Shown here in pieces: positions 1 through 8,955 of a DNA stretch of 34,738 nucleotides. The stretch covers positions 1 through 34,738 of the forward strand of contig JANQKO010000059.1 of the NCBI GenBank assembly GCA_028281075.1, given 5' to 3'. The DNA is from Alphaproteobacteria bacterium (GTDB taxonomy: Bacteria > Pseudomonadota > Alphaproteobacteria > GCA-2731375). The notes below the pieces were generated by a model. That model worked only from the letters and a program-made list of their open reading frames with translations. It ran no database searches and was not told where the DNA came from. Numbering within the stretch: position 1 is the stretch's first letter; the number at the start of each line of letters is the position of its first letter. The position numbers and the translations under genes were made by a program.

Positions 1-85
1 GATGCCCCACATCGCGCCGCGCAGCGCTCCTGCCCTGTCGACAGCACGGCGCCGCGCAGACCATGATGGTGGGGAGAAAGGCGGG

Positions 86-1897
86 TTAACTGCCGGCGAC
101 GATACGGGGCGGTGGGGCGGGCTGGCCGGTCTCGAACTGCAGCGCCGCCAGGCGCGCGTAGAGGCCGCCGCGCTGGATCAGCTCGGCGTGGGTGCCGGTC
201 TCGACGATGGCGGCCTTGTCCATGACCACGATACGGTCCGCCCGCAGCACCGTCGCCAGGCGGTGGGCGATGACGATGGTGGTGCGGTCCGTCATCAGCT
301 TGTCCAGCGCGGCCTGCACCATGCGCTCGCTCTCGGCGTCGAGCGCACTGGTCGCCTCGTCCAGCAGCAGCACCGACGGATTGCGCAGGATCGCCCGCGC
401 GATGGCGATGCGCTGACGCTGGCCGCCCGACAGCCGCACCCCGCGCTCGCCCAGGAAGGTGTCGAAACCGTCCGGCAGGGCGTCGATGAAGTCCGCCGCG
501 TTCGCCGCCGCCGCCGCCGCCCGGACCTCGTCGTCGCTCGCCTCCGGCCGGCCGTAGCGGATGTTCTCGCAAGCATTGGCGGCGAAGATCACCGGATCCT
601 GCGGCACCAGGCCGAGCCGGCCGCGCAGCGCCTGCGGCTCGACGGCGGCGATGTCGACACCGTCGAGCAGAATGCGCCCGGACTGCGGGTCGAAGAACCG
701 CAGCAGCAGTTGGAAGATCGTGCTCTTGCCGGCGCCGGACGGCCCGACCAGCGCCAGGGTCTCGCCCGGCGCGATCGTCAGGTCGACATTGGCGACGGCG
801 GGCTGCGCCGGCCGCGAGGGATAGGTGAAGTCGACGCGCTCGAAGACGACGGCGCCGCGCGCCGGCTCGGGCAGCGGCAGCGGCCGGGGCGGCGCGGCGA
901 TCGCCGGCTCGACGTCGAGAAGCTGCATCAGCCGCTCGGCGGCGCCGGCCGCGCGCTGCAGGTCGCCGAACACCTCGGACAGGGCGCCGAGCGCGCCGGC
1001 AACGACGATCGCGTAGAACACGAAGGCCGCGAGCTCGCCGCCGGTCATGACGCCGTCGACCACGTCCTTGGCGCCGATCCAGACCACCAGGTCGACGGCG
1101 CCGAACACCAGCAGCATGACCATGGCCGTCATCCAGGCCCGCGCCCGCGTGCGCCTGACCGCGGTGTCGAAGGCGGATGCCGTGACCGCGGCGAAGCGCG
1201 CCCGGTCGATCGCCTCGTGCACGAAGGCCTGCACGATCTGCACCGCGTTGAGGCTTTCGCCGGCATGGCTGCTGATATCGGCGACGCGGTCCTGGCTGGC
1301 CCGCGACAGCCGCCGCACCTTGCGGCCGAAGATCACGATCGGCAGGATCACGACCGGCAGCATCAGGAACACCAGGCCGGTCAGCTTCGGGCTGGAAATC
1401 ACCAGCAGCACCGAGCCGCCGATGAACAGCAGCAGGTTGCGCATGGCGACGGACGCGGACGAGCCGACCACGGTCTGGATCAGCGTCGTGTCGGCGGTCA
1501 GCCGCGACAGCACCTCGCCGGTACGGGTGGTTTCGAAGAAGGCGGGGCTGAGGCCGATGACATGGTCGTAGACGGCCTTGCGGATATCGGCGACGACGCG
1601 CTCGCCCAGCCAGGTGACCAGGTAGAAACGCAGGAAGGTGGCGGCGGCGAGCACCACGACGACACCGAGCAGGCCGATGAAATACTGGTCGATCAGATGC
1701 GCGTCTTCGGCGAAGCCATGGTCGACCACCCGGCGGATGGCCTGGCCGATGGCCAGCACCGCGCCGGCGGCGACCACCAGCGCCACCAGGGCCCCCAGCA
1801 TGACGTGCAGATACGGCCGCACGAACGGCCCCAGCCGCCGCAGCCCGGTCAGACGCCGATCGCCCGACGTGTCCTCAACTCCCGACGTGTCGCTCAC
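86..1897 (-). CDS. ABC transporter, fused permease/ATP-binding exporter (ABCB/MsbA-like half transporter)
   Basis: 603-aa ORF. The N-terminal half is hydrophobic and multi-TM. The C-terminal NBD has Walker [13 protein letters not shown] signature [14 protein letters not shown], Walker [12 protein letters not shown] and H-loop IAHRL. Confidence 0.9.
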   Translation of the reverse strand: MSDTSGVEDTSGDRRLTGLRRLGPFVRPYLHVMLGALVALVVAAGAVLAIGQAIRRVVDHGFAEDAHLIDQYFIGLLGVVVVLAAATFLRFYLVTWLGERVVADIRKAVYDHVIGLSPAFFETTRTGEVLSRLTADTTLIQTVVGSSASVAMRNLLLFIGGSVLLVISSPKLTGLVFLMLPVVILPIVIFGRKVRRLSRASQDRVADISSHAGESLNAVQIVQAFVHEAIDRARFAAVTASAFDTAVRRTRARAWMTAMVMLLVFGAVDLVVWIGAKDVVDGVMTGGELAAFVFYAIVVAGALGALSEVFGDLQRAAGAAERLMQLLDVEPAIAAPPRPLPLPEPARGAVVFERVDFTYPSRPAQPAVANVDLTIAPGETLALVGPSGAGKSTIFQLLLRFFDPQSGRILLDGVDIAAVEPQALRGRLGLVPQDPVIFAANACENIRYGRPEASDDEVRAAAAAANAADFIDALPDGFDTFLGERGVRLSGGQRQRIAIARAILRNPSVLLLDEATSALDAESERMVQAALDKLMTDRTTIVIAHRLATVLRADRIVVMDKAAIVETGTHAELIQRGGLYARLAALQFETGQPAPPPRIVAGS

Positions 1898-2045
1898 CCG
1901 GCTTCCCGTTCCGTCCGTCGCGTCCGTGCCCTCGCATTCCCCATTTGGGGTATAGCAACAGGCGGCAGCCGGCTCAACGCAAAGGGACCTTGCGACCGGC
2001 CCGCCCGTTGGCTATATACGCCCGTCGAGATCCTGGAGTTTCGAG

Positions 2046-2267
2046 ATGAAGAAAGACATCCACCCGGAATACCATGAAATTACCGTGGTCATGACGGACG
2101 GCACCGAGTTCAAGACGCGGTCGACCTGGGGCAGTCCGGGGGACGTCCTGAAGCTGGATATCGATCCCAACACCCATCCGGCCTGGACCGGCGGACCGCA
2201 GCGCGTGCTGGAAACCGGCCGCGTGGCGCGGTTCCGCAACAAGTTCAAGGATTTCAACCTGGGCTGA
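2046..2267 (+). CDS. rpmE: 50S ribosomal protein L31
   Basis: 73-aa [25 protein letters not shown]...NKFKDF, a typical L31 sequence. An AGAT/GGAG-like region lies upstream. Confidence 0.96.
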   Translation: MKKDIHPEYHEITVVMTDGTEFKTRSTWGSPGDVLKLDIDPNTHPAWTGGPQRVLETGRVARFRNKFKDFNLG

Positions 2268-2285
2268 GCGGCCGGGCCGCCGGCG

Positions 2286-2744
2286 TCAGGGGCGGCTGTT
2301 CCGGGCCACGATCTCGTCCAGACGCGCGATCCGCGCGTAGAGCCCCTCGCTGCGATCCAGCAGCTCCAGCAGATCCCGCGGCAGGCCGGCCGTCGGCAGC
2401 GGCCCCTCGGCCAGGCAGATGGTCTGCCCGCCCAGCCGCCAGCCGTCGCCGGCCAGGTCCTCGGACGCGATCTCGCCGGCATGGGCCGCGCGCTGCACGA
2501 TCAGCCAGGCCATGACCTGGGTCAGGCGCGAGGTCAGCCGCATGCTCTCGACGCTGTAGGCGAGGCCGCGGTCGACCGGCAGCCCGGAGGCATCCCGCTG
2601 CCCCTTGACCGTCAGATAGTCACGCGCTTCCTGAAGCAGCCGCAACGCTTCATCGAAGGTTCGACCGAAATAGACGGGATCGGCGTCACCCCCCGCGGCC
2701 GGTCTCTCGACGTCCCGCAAAACCTGTCCCTCGTATGCCGACAT
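2286..2744 (-). CDS. DUF1465 family protein (RcdA-like, regulator of CtrA degradation family)
   Basis: 152-aa ORF. Size and sequence (FDEALRLLQEARDYL..., MRLTSRLTQVMAWL) match my recollection of the alphaproteobacterial DUF1465/RcdA family. The family assignment was not verified by search. Confidence 0.6.
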   Translation of the reverse strand: MSAYEGQVLRDVERPAAGGDADPVYFGRTFDEALRLLQEARDYLTVKGQRDASGLPVDRGLAYSVESMRLTSRLTQVMAWLIVQRAAHAGEIASEDLAGDGWRLGGQTICLAEGPLPTAGLPRDLLELLDRSEGLYARIARLDEIVARNSRP

Positions 2745-2808
2745 GTGCCCGGTGATCGGGCCGGATTATCGGCGCAATTCGTTAAAAAACTGGCCGGTTC
2801 GCGCCAGT

Positions 2809-2836
2809 CTTGAATCGGCCCGAGACGGCCATATAT
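2809..2836 (+). promoter_or_regulatory. RpoH (sigma32)-type heat-shock promoter candidate
   Basis: CTTGAA (2809-2814), a 14-nt spacer, then CCATATAT (2829-2836). This fits the sigma32 consensus CTTGAA-N13-14-CCCCATNT. It lies ~110 nt upstream of the hsp20 ATG. Confidence 0.55.
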
Positions 2837-2910
2837 CGAGGTTGTACCGGGCGCCGGACTGGGCCCGGGAACATCGCCGGCCCGGCCGAAATCGGCGGGC
2901 CACCGAAACG

Positions 2911-2947
2911 CTGGTATTGCTCACGCTAAGGAGGATATCAAGCCATG
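2911..2947 (+). promoter_or_regulatory. ROSE-like RNA thermometer hairpin occluding the SD of hsp20
   Basis: UAUUGCUC (2915-2922) can pair with GAGGAUA (2931-2937, the SD), leaving an unpaired or G-G position. The conserved ROSE motif UUGCU is present. The AUG is at 2945. Confidence 0.55.
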
Positions 2948-3376
2948 CGTCACTTCGACCTGACTCCCCTCTATCGTTCCACGGTTGGTTTCGACCGGTT
3001 CAATCGCGTATTCGATGCGATCGGCCGGGTCGATACGCCGGCCCAGACTTACCCGCCCTACAATATCGAGAAATCGGGCGAGGACGCCTACCGCATCACC
3101 ATGGCCGTCGCCGGCTTCCGCGAGGCGGACATCGACGTCACCGTGACCGACAGCACGCTGGTCATCACCGGCAAGCAGACGGTCGACCAGGACGGCGTCG
3201 AATACCTGCACCGCGGCATCGCCGGACGCCCGTTCGAGCGCCGGTTCGAGCTGGCCGACGGCATCAAGGTGGTCGGCGGGCGGCTGGAGAACGGCCTGCT
3301 GCATGTGGACCTCGTCCGCGAGGTGCCGGCGCACAAGCGCCCGCGGCAGATCAAGATCGAGGCCGCCGCGGCCTAA
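2945..3376 (+). CDS. Hsp20/alpha-crystallin family small heat-shock protein (IbpA-like class)
   Basis: 143-aa ORF. PPYNIEKSGEDAYRITMAVAGF...DIDVTV...LVITG...GLLHVDL is a typical alpha-crystallin domain. A strong SD AAGGAGG precedes it. Confidence 0.93.
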   Translation: MRHFDLTPLYRSTVGFDRFNRVFDAIGRVDTPAQTYPPYNIEKSGEDAYRITMAVAGFREADIDVTVTDSTLVITGKQTVDQDGVEYLHRGIAGRPFERRFELADGIKVVGGRLENGLLHVDLVREVPAHKRPRQIKIEAAAA

Positions 3377-3477
3377 AGTCGCAACCAACCGTTAACCACG
3401 GCAACACGGAACATGGCCCCGCCCCCGGCGGGACGACGGGACAATAGCGTCCGCGGGCGGGGCCACTCCGACATGCG

Positions 3478-3969
3478 ATGGAGCAGATCATGGCGACCAA
3501 CCGCCTCGTTCCCTGGAACCGCCGCTTCCCGGCGTCCAGCCCCCTGTTCGGCGATCTGCAGCAGCAGATCAACCGCCTGTTCGACGATGCCTGGAGCGGC
3601 GACATCGCCGCGCCGCAGACCGAAGGCATCGCCCACCTGACGCCCAGCATCGACGTCAGCGAGACCGACGAGGCCTATCACATCGACGCCGAGCTTCCCG
3701 GCGCCGACGAAAAGGACATCGACGTGACGCTGACCGACGGCGTGCTGAGCCTGAAGGGCGAGAAAAGGATCGAAACCGAGCGGAAGCAGAAGAACGCGCT
3801 GGTCAAGGAGCGGCGCTACGGCAGCTTCTTCCGCTCGTTCCGCCTGCCGCCCGAGGCCGACATCGACGGCATCCAGGCCCGGTTCGACAAGGGCGTCCTG
3901 CACGTCACCGTGCCGAAGAAGCCGGAAGCGAAACAGGCCACCCGGCAGATCGAGATCACGTCGCCGTAA
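3478..3969 (+). CDS. Hsp20/alpha-crystallin family small heat-shock protein
   Basis: 163-aa ORF. PSIDVSETDEAYHIDAELPG...DIDVTLTDGVLSLKGEK...RYGSFFRSFRLP...GVLHVTVPK. The more likely start is ATG 3490 (MATNRL), 6 nt after GGAG at 3480-3483. Confidence 0.9.
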   Translation: MEQIMATNRLVPWNRRFPASSPLFGDLQQQINRLFDDAWSGDIAAPQTEGIAHLTPSIDVSETDEAYHIDAELPGADEKDIDVTLTDGVLSLKGEKRIETERKQKNALVKERRYGSFFRSFRLPPEADIDGIQARFDKGVLHVTVPKKPEAKQATRQIEITSP

Positions 3970-4065
3970 CCCGACGGCCGTCCGATCGGAACCGATCGCC
4001 GCCCGCCCCGCCCCGGGGCGGGCGCCTGTAACCGGGGCCAAAGTCCGGGCAGTTTGCCATTAATC

Positions 4066-4396
4066 CCGGACCACGTTCATGCCGGCCTGCGCGGCCTTGA
4101 AGAATGCGCCGAAGGCCCGCCCCCAATTGTCATGCCGGTGGAGACCGGCATCCATGGGCCTGACCGCCCGCCGAACGACAACGTCTTCGGGTTCCCGGCA
4201 CCGGCGCCAGTCTCCCACCATGGTCATACCGGCGGAGCCTGCCCCGGCGCAGGCCGGCGGCCGCCATGCATGGGCACCCGACCGTCGGCGCGGCGCTTGC
4301 CGGCAAAGCCCATGGATGCCGGCCTCCGCCGGCATGACGACGGGGGATTTCTTCGCACGAGAAATCAATAGGGGCAGTCCAAGGGACAGTCCCTAA
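4066..4396. repeat. Composite REP-like palindromic block (GTCATGCCGGCGGAGGCCGGCATCCATGG-type hairpin units), inverted partner at 30396-30715
   Basis: Several imperfect hairpin units. The reverse complement of 30396-30715 aligns along the whole block. A ~120-nt core (4258-4380) differs at only about 4 positions by eye. The ORF-track peptides here (MPAEAGIHG-like) are repeat artefacts. Confidence 0.85.
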
Positions 4397-4494
4397 TAGA
4401 CATGCGCTGGCATGACACGGTCAGGTGATTGTCGCCGGGGCGAGGCCCCTGGCGACCGGGATTATCATCCCGTCCGCTTGATGCCGCCAAATCG

Positions 4495-5283
4495 CTAGAA
4501 GAACGCCCGCATGGCGTCGAGGGTCGCGTCGGGGGCCTCTTCCATCATGATGTGGCCGACGCCTTTCAGCACCGTCACCTCGGCCCGCCGCATCCCGGCC
4601 GCCAGGCCGCGCGCCGCCTTGACCGGCGCCATCATGTCCTTCTCGCCCAGCACGAACAGCACCGGACAGGCGATCGCCTCGGCCGCCGCCGCGCCATCGT
4701 CATAGGCGTTGCAGGCATTGAGGTCGTTGAACAGCACGCCGTCGCCGGCCCGCTCCAGCACCCGGAGCCCGCCGCGCATCATCCACAGGCCCGGCACGCG
4801 ATGGCCGCCGAACTGGGCGTCGCGGCCATAGCCCCAGCTATTCACCAGGTCCATCGCCAGATGCGCGTTCGCCTTCGCCGGTTGCAGCAGGGCGTCGTTC
4901 ACCCGCATCGGATAGCCGGCGCCCAGCAGGCAGGCCGACGTCACCCGGTCGCCATGGCGCGCCGCCGCGTCCAGCGCCACCAGCGCGCCCATGCTGTGGC
5001 CGGCCAGCGCCGCCTTGCCGACCCCGGCGGCGTCCAGCAGGCGCGTGAGCCAGTCGGCCATCGCCGGGATCGTCTCCAGGAGCGGCCCCGCCGACCGGCC
5101 GTGGCCCGGCAGGTCGACGGCCAGGACGCCATAGCCGTGCCAGGCGAAATAACGCGTCTGCAGGGTCCAGGCCGTGTGGTCGAACGAGGCCCCGTGCACG
5201 AAGACGATGGTCGGCAGCGACGGGTCGAACGGCTTGCCGCCGGTGGCGGCGAACACCTCGCGGTCGTCGACGGTCAGTTCCAT
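4495..5283 (-). CDS. alpha/beta-fold hydrolase
   Basis: 262-aa ORF. HG oxyanion motif (VFVHGAS), nucleophile elbow GHSMGA, and late GEKD / GH residues. It lies 5 nt downstream of metY on the same strand. Confidence 0.85.
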   Translation of the reverse strand: MELTVDDREVFAATGGKPFDPSLPTIVFVHGASFDHTAWTLQTRYFAWHGYGVLAVDLPGHGRSAGPLLETIPAMADWLTRLLDAAGVGKAALAGHSMGALVALDAAARHGDRVTSACLLGAGYPMRVNDALLQPAKANAHLAMDLVNSWGYGRDAQFGGHRVPGLWMMRGGLRVLERAGDGVLFNDLNACNAYDDGAAAAEAIACPVLFVLGEKDMMAPVKAARGLAAGMRRAEVTVLKGVGHIMMEEAPDATLDAMRAFF

Positions 5284-5288
5284 CGCCC

Positions 5289-6584
5289 CTACCCCTTCCG
5301 CGCCGCCCGCAGGCCGCGCGCCAGATCGTCGATCAGGTCGGCCGGATCTTCCAGGCCGACGGACAGGCGGACCAGCTCCTCGCCGATGCCGGCCGCCGCC
5401 AGCGCGTCCGCGTCCATCTGCTGGTGCGTGGTGCTGGCCGGGTGGATGACCAGGCTCTTGGCGTCGCCGACATTGGCCAGGTGCGAGAACAGGCCCAGCG
5501 CCTCGATGAAGCGGCGGCCGGCCGCGCGGCCGCCCTTGACGCCGAAGCTGAAGATGGCGCCGCAGCCGTCGGGCAGCAGCGTCCTGGCGAGGTCATGGTC
5601 GCGGTGGCTCGACAGTTCGGGATAGCCGACCCATTCGACCGCCTCGTGCCCATCCAGGAAGCCGACCACGGCGCGCGTGTTCTCGACATGGCGCCGCATG
5701 CGCACGCCCAGGGTCTCGACGCCCTGCAGGATGTAGAAGGCGTTCTGCGGCGGCATGGCGGCGCCGAAGTCGCGCAGCCCCTCGGCGCGGGCGCGCATGA
5801 CCAATGCCCGAGGCCCGAACTCCTCGGCGAAGTCGAGCCCGTGATAGCCGTCATAGGGCTCGGTCAGGGTCGGGAACCTGCCCGATGCCTCCCAGTCGAA
5901 GGTGCCGCCGTCGACCAGCACGCCGCCGATGGCGACGCCGTGGCCGCCGAGGAACTTGGTGGCCGAATGCATCACCAGATCGGCGCCGTGCTCGAACGGC
6001 CGGAACAGGTGCGGCGTGGCGAAGGTGTTGTCGATCATCAGCGGCAGGCCGTGATCGTGCGCCACCCGGGCGATGGCGGGCATGTCCATGACCTCCAGGC
6101 CCGGATTGCCCAGCGTCTCGCCGAAGACCAGGCGCGTCTCGGGCCGGATGGCGGCGGCGAACGCGTCCGGGTCGCGCGGGTCGACGAAGCTGGTGGTGAT
6201 GCCGAAGCGCGGCAGCGTGTGCTGCATCATGTTGTGGCTGCCGCCATAGATCGAGGCCGACGAGACGATATGGCCGCCCTGGCCCATCAGCGTCGCGATA
6301 CCGAGATGCAGGGCGGCCTGGCCGCTGGCCGTGCAGATCGCGCCGACACCGCCTTCGAGCGCCGCGACGCGCTCCTCCAGCACGGCCACGGTCGGGTTGG
6401 AGATGCGCGAATAGATGTGTCCGGCGCGCTCCAGATTGAACAGCGCCGCGGCATGGTCGGTATCGTCGAACACGAACGAGGTCGACTGGTAGATCGGCAC
6501 CGCGCGCGCGCCGGTCGCCGGGTCCGGCCGCTGGCCGGCATGCAGGCTCAGCGTGTCGCGCTTCAGATAGTTCGGATCGGCCAT
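5289..6584 (-). CDS. metY: O-acetylhomoserine sulfhydrylase (PLP-dependent, Cys/Met metabolism family)
   Basis: [18 protein letters not shown]...[10 protein letters not shown]...ISNPT...[11 protein letters not shown] (PLP lysine motif). I chose ATG 6584; the upstream 23-codon extension of the ORF track is R-rich and unlikely. Confidence 0.92.
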   Translation of the reverse strand: MADPNYLKRDTLSLHAGQRPDPATGARAVPIYQSTSFVFDDTDHAAALFNLERAGHIYSRISNPTVAVLEERVAALEGGVGAICTASGQAALHLGIATLMGQGGHIVSSASIYGGSHNMMQHTLPRFGITTSFVDPRDPDAFAAAIRPETRLVFGETLGNPGLEVMDMPAIARVAHDHGLPLMIDNTFATPHLFRPFEHGADLVMHSATKFLGGHGVAIGGVLVDGGTFDWEASGRFPTLTEPYDGYHGLDFAEEFGPRALVMRARAEGLRDFGAAMPPQNAFYILQGVETLGVRMRRHVENTRAVVGFLDGHEAVEWVGYPELSSHRDHDLARTLLPDGCGAIFSFGVKGGRAAGRRFIEALGLFSHLANVGDAKSLVIHPASTTHQQMDADALAAAGIGEELVRLSVGLEDPADLIDDLARGLRAARKG

Positions 6585-6740
6585 GTCGCGCCTCGCCGCT
6601 GTCGGGAAAGCCCGGCATGGTAGTCGGGCCCGACGAAATGTCCAGCGAACCACGGCCCGCGAGTCTTGCCCGGCGACAGTCGCGTCTACAGTGATGCCAA
6701 CGGTGACGCCAACCGTGCAATTAGTCCTGCAATTAATTAA

Positions 6741-6776
6741 GGGGCTGCCGAAATCGGCAGCCCCTTATTTTTGTTG
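6741..6776 (+). terminator. Intrinsic-terminator-like hairpin (strand ambiguous)
   Basis: GGGGCTGCCG-AAAT-CGGCAGCCCC, followed on + by TTATTTTTGTTG and on - by TTAATTAATT. It sits ~160 nt upstream of the metY start, inside or at the edge of its leader. Confidence 0.4.
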
Positions 6777-6975
6777 TCGCCTCGACCTGTCAGACTCGCG
6801 TCTTTGTCAAGAAGTGACCTTAAACACTGTGCAAAGACGGTCAAGCCCGAAAACGATTCATTAACTCATTTTGAATGCACGCAAGATTCTTGCGTATCGG
6901 CAATGAACAGGCCGATCCCGGCGCGAATCATTACCCGCGCCCGGCAAATATCGAGAAAAAGCCCGGAATTCCGCG

Positions 6976-7005
6976 AAAAAAAAGAGCCGCGCGTAAACGC
7001 GGCTC
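6976..7005 (-). terminator. Rho-independent terminator
   Basis: On the minus strand: GAGCCGCG-TTTACG-CGCGGCTC followed by TTTTTTTT. It lies ~190 nt downstream of the DUF1192 stop codon. Confidence 0.65.
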
Positions 7006-7195
7006 GAGTCAACAGGGAGGCGTCAACAGACTGGATGAGATCCAGCTGGGACAAGCTTGACTGGAATCAATCAAGCTGTAATGGAGACGTTAAGCCTGAA
7101 GTGTTAATGAAATCTTAAAATTCTTAACGAATTCAGATTTTTTCGTTTTTTCTTGTGGGCAGCTTATAGGCTTCGACGAGACAACCTGCGCGGAT

Positions 7196-7378
7196 CTATT
7201 TTTTAAAGAACGCTTCGGCGCCACCACGCGCCGCTTCCTTGGCGGTGATGGCCTCGCGGACACGCAGGATTTCGGCTTCCAGGTCGGCGATATAGTCGTG
7301 CAGGGCCTCGATCGACATGTCGTCGAGCTTCCGCTTTTCCGGCTTCTTCGCGGGCGGATCCAACCCGTCCCAGTCCAT
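7196..7378 (-). CDS. DUF1192 family protein
   Basis: MDWDGLDPPAKKPEKRKLDDMSIEALHDYIADLEAEILRVREAI...FFKK, a typical short coiled-coil DUF1192. ATG 7378 is preceded by GGGAGG at 7 nt, so the 25-codon upstream extension is rejected. Confidence 0.8.
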   Translation of the reverse strand: MDWDGLDPPAKKPEKRKLDDMSIEALHDYIADLEAEILRVREAITAKEAARGGAEAFFKK

Positions 7379-7480
7379 CGATCGGCCTCCCTGCCTGTCC
7401 CGGGCCATTCGCCGGTTGCCTACCACAGCCGAACATACTAGACCGGACGCCATTATCGCCAGACTTCAGCCGGAAATGCC

Positions 7481-8482
7481 ATGACGACCCTGCCCGACGA
7501 GATGACCGCGATCGAGATCACCGAGCCCGGCGGTCCGGACGTACTGCGGCCCACGACGCGGCCATTGCCCGCCCATGGCGCCGGCGAGGTGTTGATCAAG
7601 GTCGATGCCGCCGGCGTCAACCGCCCCGACTGCATGCAGCGCGAAGGCGGCTACCCGCCGCCGCCGGGCGCGCCGGATATCCCCGGCCTGGAGATCGCCG
7701 GCACCGTCGCCGCCGCCGCGCCCGACGTCACCGGCCTGGCGGTCGGCGACCGGGTCTGCGCGCTGGTCGCCGGCGGCGGCTATGCCGAGTACTGCGTGGC
7801 GGCGGCCGACCTGTGCCTGCCGGTGCCGACGGGCCTGGACCCGACCGAGGCCGCGGCCCTGCCCGAGACCTTCTTCACGGTCTGGACGAACGTGTTTCAG
7901 CGCGGCCGCCTGCGGCCGGGCGAGACCATCCTGATCCACGGCGGCTCGAGCGGCATCGGCACGACGGCGATCCAGTTGGCGAAACAGTTCGGCGCCCGCG
8001 TCTTCGTCACCGCCGGCAGCGCCGAGAAGTGCCGGGCCTGCGAGGCGCTGGGCGCCGACCAAGCCATCAACTACCGCGAGGCGGATTTCGTGCCGGCCGT
8101 GGCGGAACTGACCGACGGCGCCGGCGTCGACCTGATCCTGGACATGGTCGGCGGCGACTACCTGCCCCGGAACGTCGAGGCGCTGGCCGTCGAGGGTCGG
8201 CTGGTGCAGATCGCCTTCCTGCGCAGCCCGAAGATGCAGTTCAATTTCCTGCCGATGATGCTGAAGCGGCTGACGCTGACCGGGTCGACGCTGCGGCCGC
8301 GCACGGTGGCGCAGAAGGCCGTCATCGCCGGGGAGCTGCGCGAGCGGGTCTGGCCGCTGCTGAACGACGGCAAGGTCAGGCCGGTGATGGATTCGACCTT
8401 TCCGCTGGCCGACGCGGCCGGCGCCCATGCCCGGATGGAAAGCAGCAGCCATATCGGCAAGATCGTGCTGGAGATTTCCTAG
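7481..8482 (+). CDS. qor: NAD(P)H:quinone oxidoreductase (zeta-crystallin/MDR family)
   Basis: 333-aa ORF. GVNRPD, Rossmann motif HGGSSGIGTTAIQLAK, C-terminal GKIVLE. A typical Qor/PIG3-type medium-chain reductase. Confidence 0.88.
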   Translation: MTTLPDEMTAIEITEPGGPDVLRPTTRPLPAHGAGEVLIKVDAAGVNRPDCMQREGGYPPPPGAPDIPGLEIAGTVAAAAPDVTGLAVGDRVCALVAGGGYAEYCVAAADLCLPVPTGLDPTEAAALPETFFTVWTNVFQRGRLRPGETILIHGGSSGIGTTAIQLAKQFGARVFVTAGSAEKCRACEALGADQAINYREADFVPAVAELTDGAGVDLILDMVGGDYLPRNVEALAVEGRLVQIAFLRSPKMQFNFLPMMLKRLTLTGSTLRPRTVAQKAVIAGELRERVWPLLNDGKVRPVMDSTFPLADAAGAHARMESSSHIGKIVLEIS

Positions 8483-8845
8483 CAGGCTGCTGAAGAAGCC
8501 GCGATATCGGCGCCAACATGCTTCGAGACGACGCTTCGCGTCTCCTCAGCACGAGGATCGGTCGTTGAATTCAAAAGATTCCTCATCCTGAGAATGTGTG
8601 AAGAAATCGCACCGATGCCCCCCAGGTTGTCATCCTGGCGAAGCCTGCCCCGGCGAAGGCCGGGGGCCAGGATCCATGTTTTTTGTTTTTGAACAGGTTG
8701 CGATGCCGCTGGATGCTGGCCTTCGCCAGCATGACGGTTTTCTTTGGGTCAGAGGTAATTTCTTCACAGGCTCTGAGGAAGCCCCGATAGGGGCTGTCTC
8801 GAAGGATGGTCAGCCGCGATATCGGATCATTTCAACAGCCTGCTA
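8480..8845. mobile_element. MITE-like nested palindromic element with ~30-bp terminal inverted repeats
   Basis: The left end is TAGCAGGCTGCTGAAGAAGCCGCGATATCGG. The right end, read on the opposite strand, is TAGCAGGCTGTTGAAATGATCCGATATCGCGGC. Internal arms are also inverted (CTTCGAGAC...TCCTCAG twice, GTGAAGAAAT/ATTTCTTCAC). The core carries REP-type units (GTCATCCTGGCGAAG...GGATCCATG). There is no ORF. Possible TA target duplication. Confidence 0.5.
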
Positions 8846-8955
8846 GACGCGGGCTTTGTCTCGGGCCGGAGTTGCACTATAAAGCGCGCTTGTTCATGAC
8901 AGTTTGACTTCGGGCGGTCCGGAACCGGGCCGCCCGGCAGCGTGGGAGAAACGGT

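Noticed and set aside
2-2077. 691-aa plus-strand ORF covering the whole ABC transporter locus
   Set aside because: It is antisense to a gene with clear ABC motifs. Its translation is low-complexity and R/G/D/H/A-rich, which is typical of shadow ORFs in ~70% GC DNA.
3415-3463. GC hairpin between the two hsp20 genes as a terminator
   Set aside because: The stem is strong, but it is followed by ACTCCGAC and not a U-tract. It is more likely a processing or stability structure or part of the second gene's leader, so it is not called as a terminator.
4054-4396. ORFs of ~100 aa inside the REP blocks (also 30396-30685 and 8598-8846), with peptides such as MPAEAGIHG...
   Set aside because: They are read-through of palindromic repeats and appear on both strands with mirror-image peptides, with no start context. 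They are repeat artefacts, not genes.
6585-6900. SAM-II/SAM-V riboswitch in the metY leader
   Set aside because: I could not find the conserved AAAGC pseudoknot element or a U-rich loop arrangement on the minus strand. Only a covariance-model scan could settle this, so no riboswitch is claimed.
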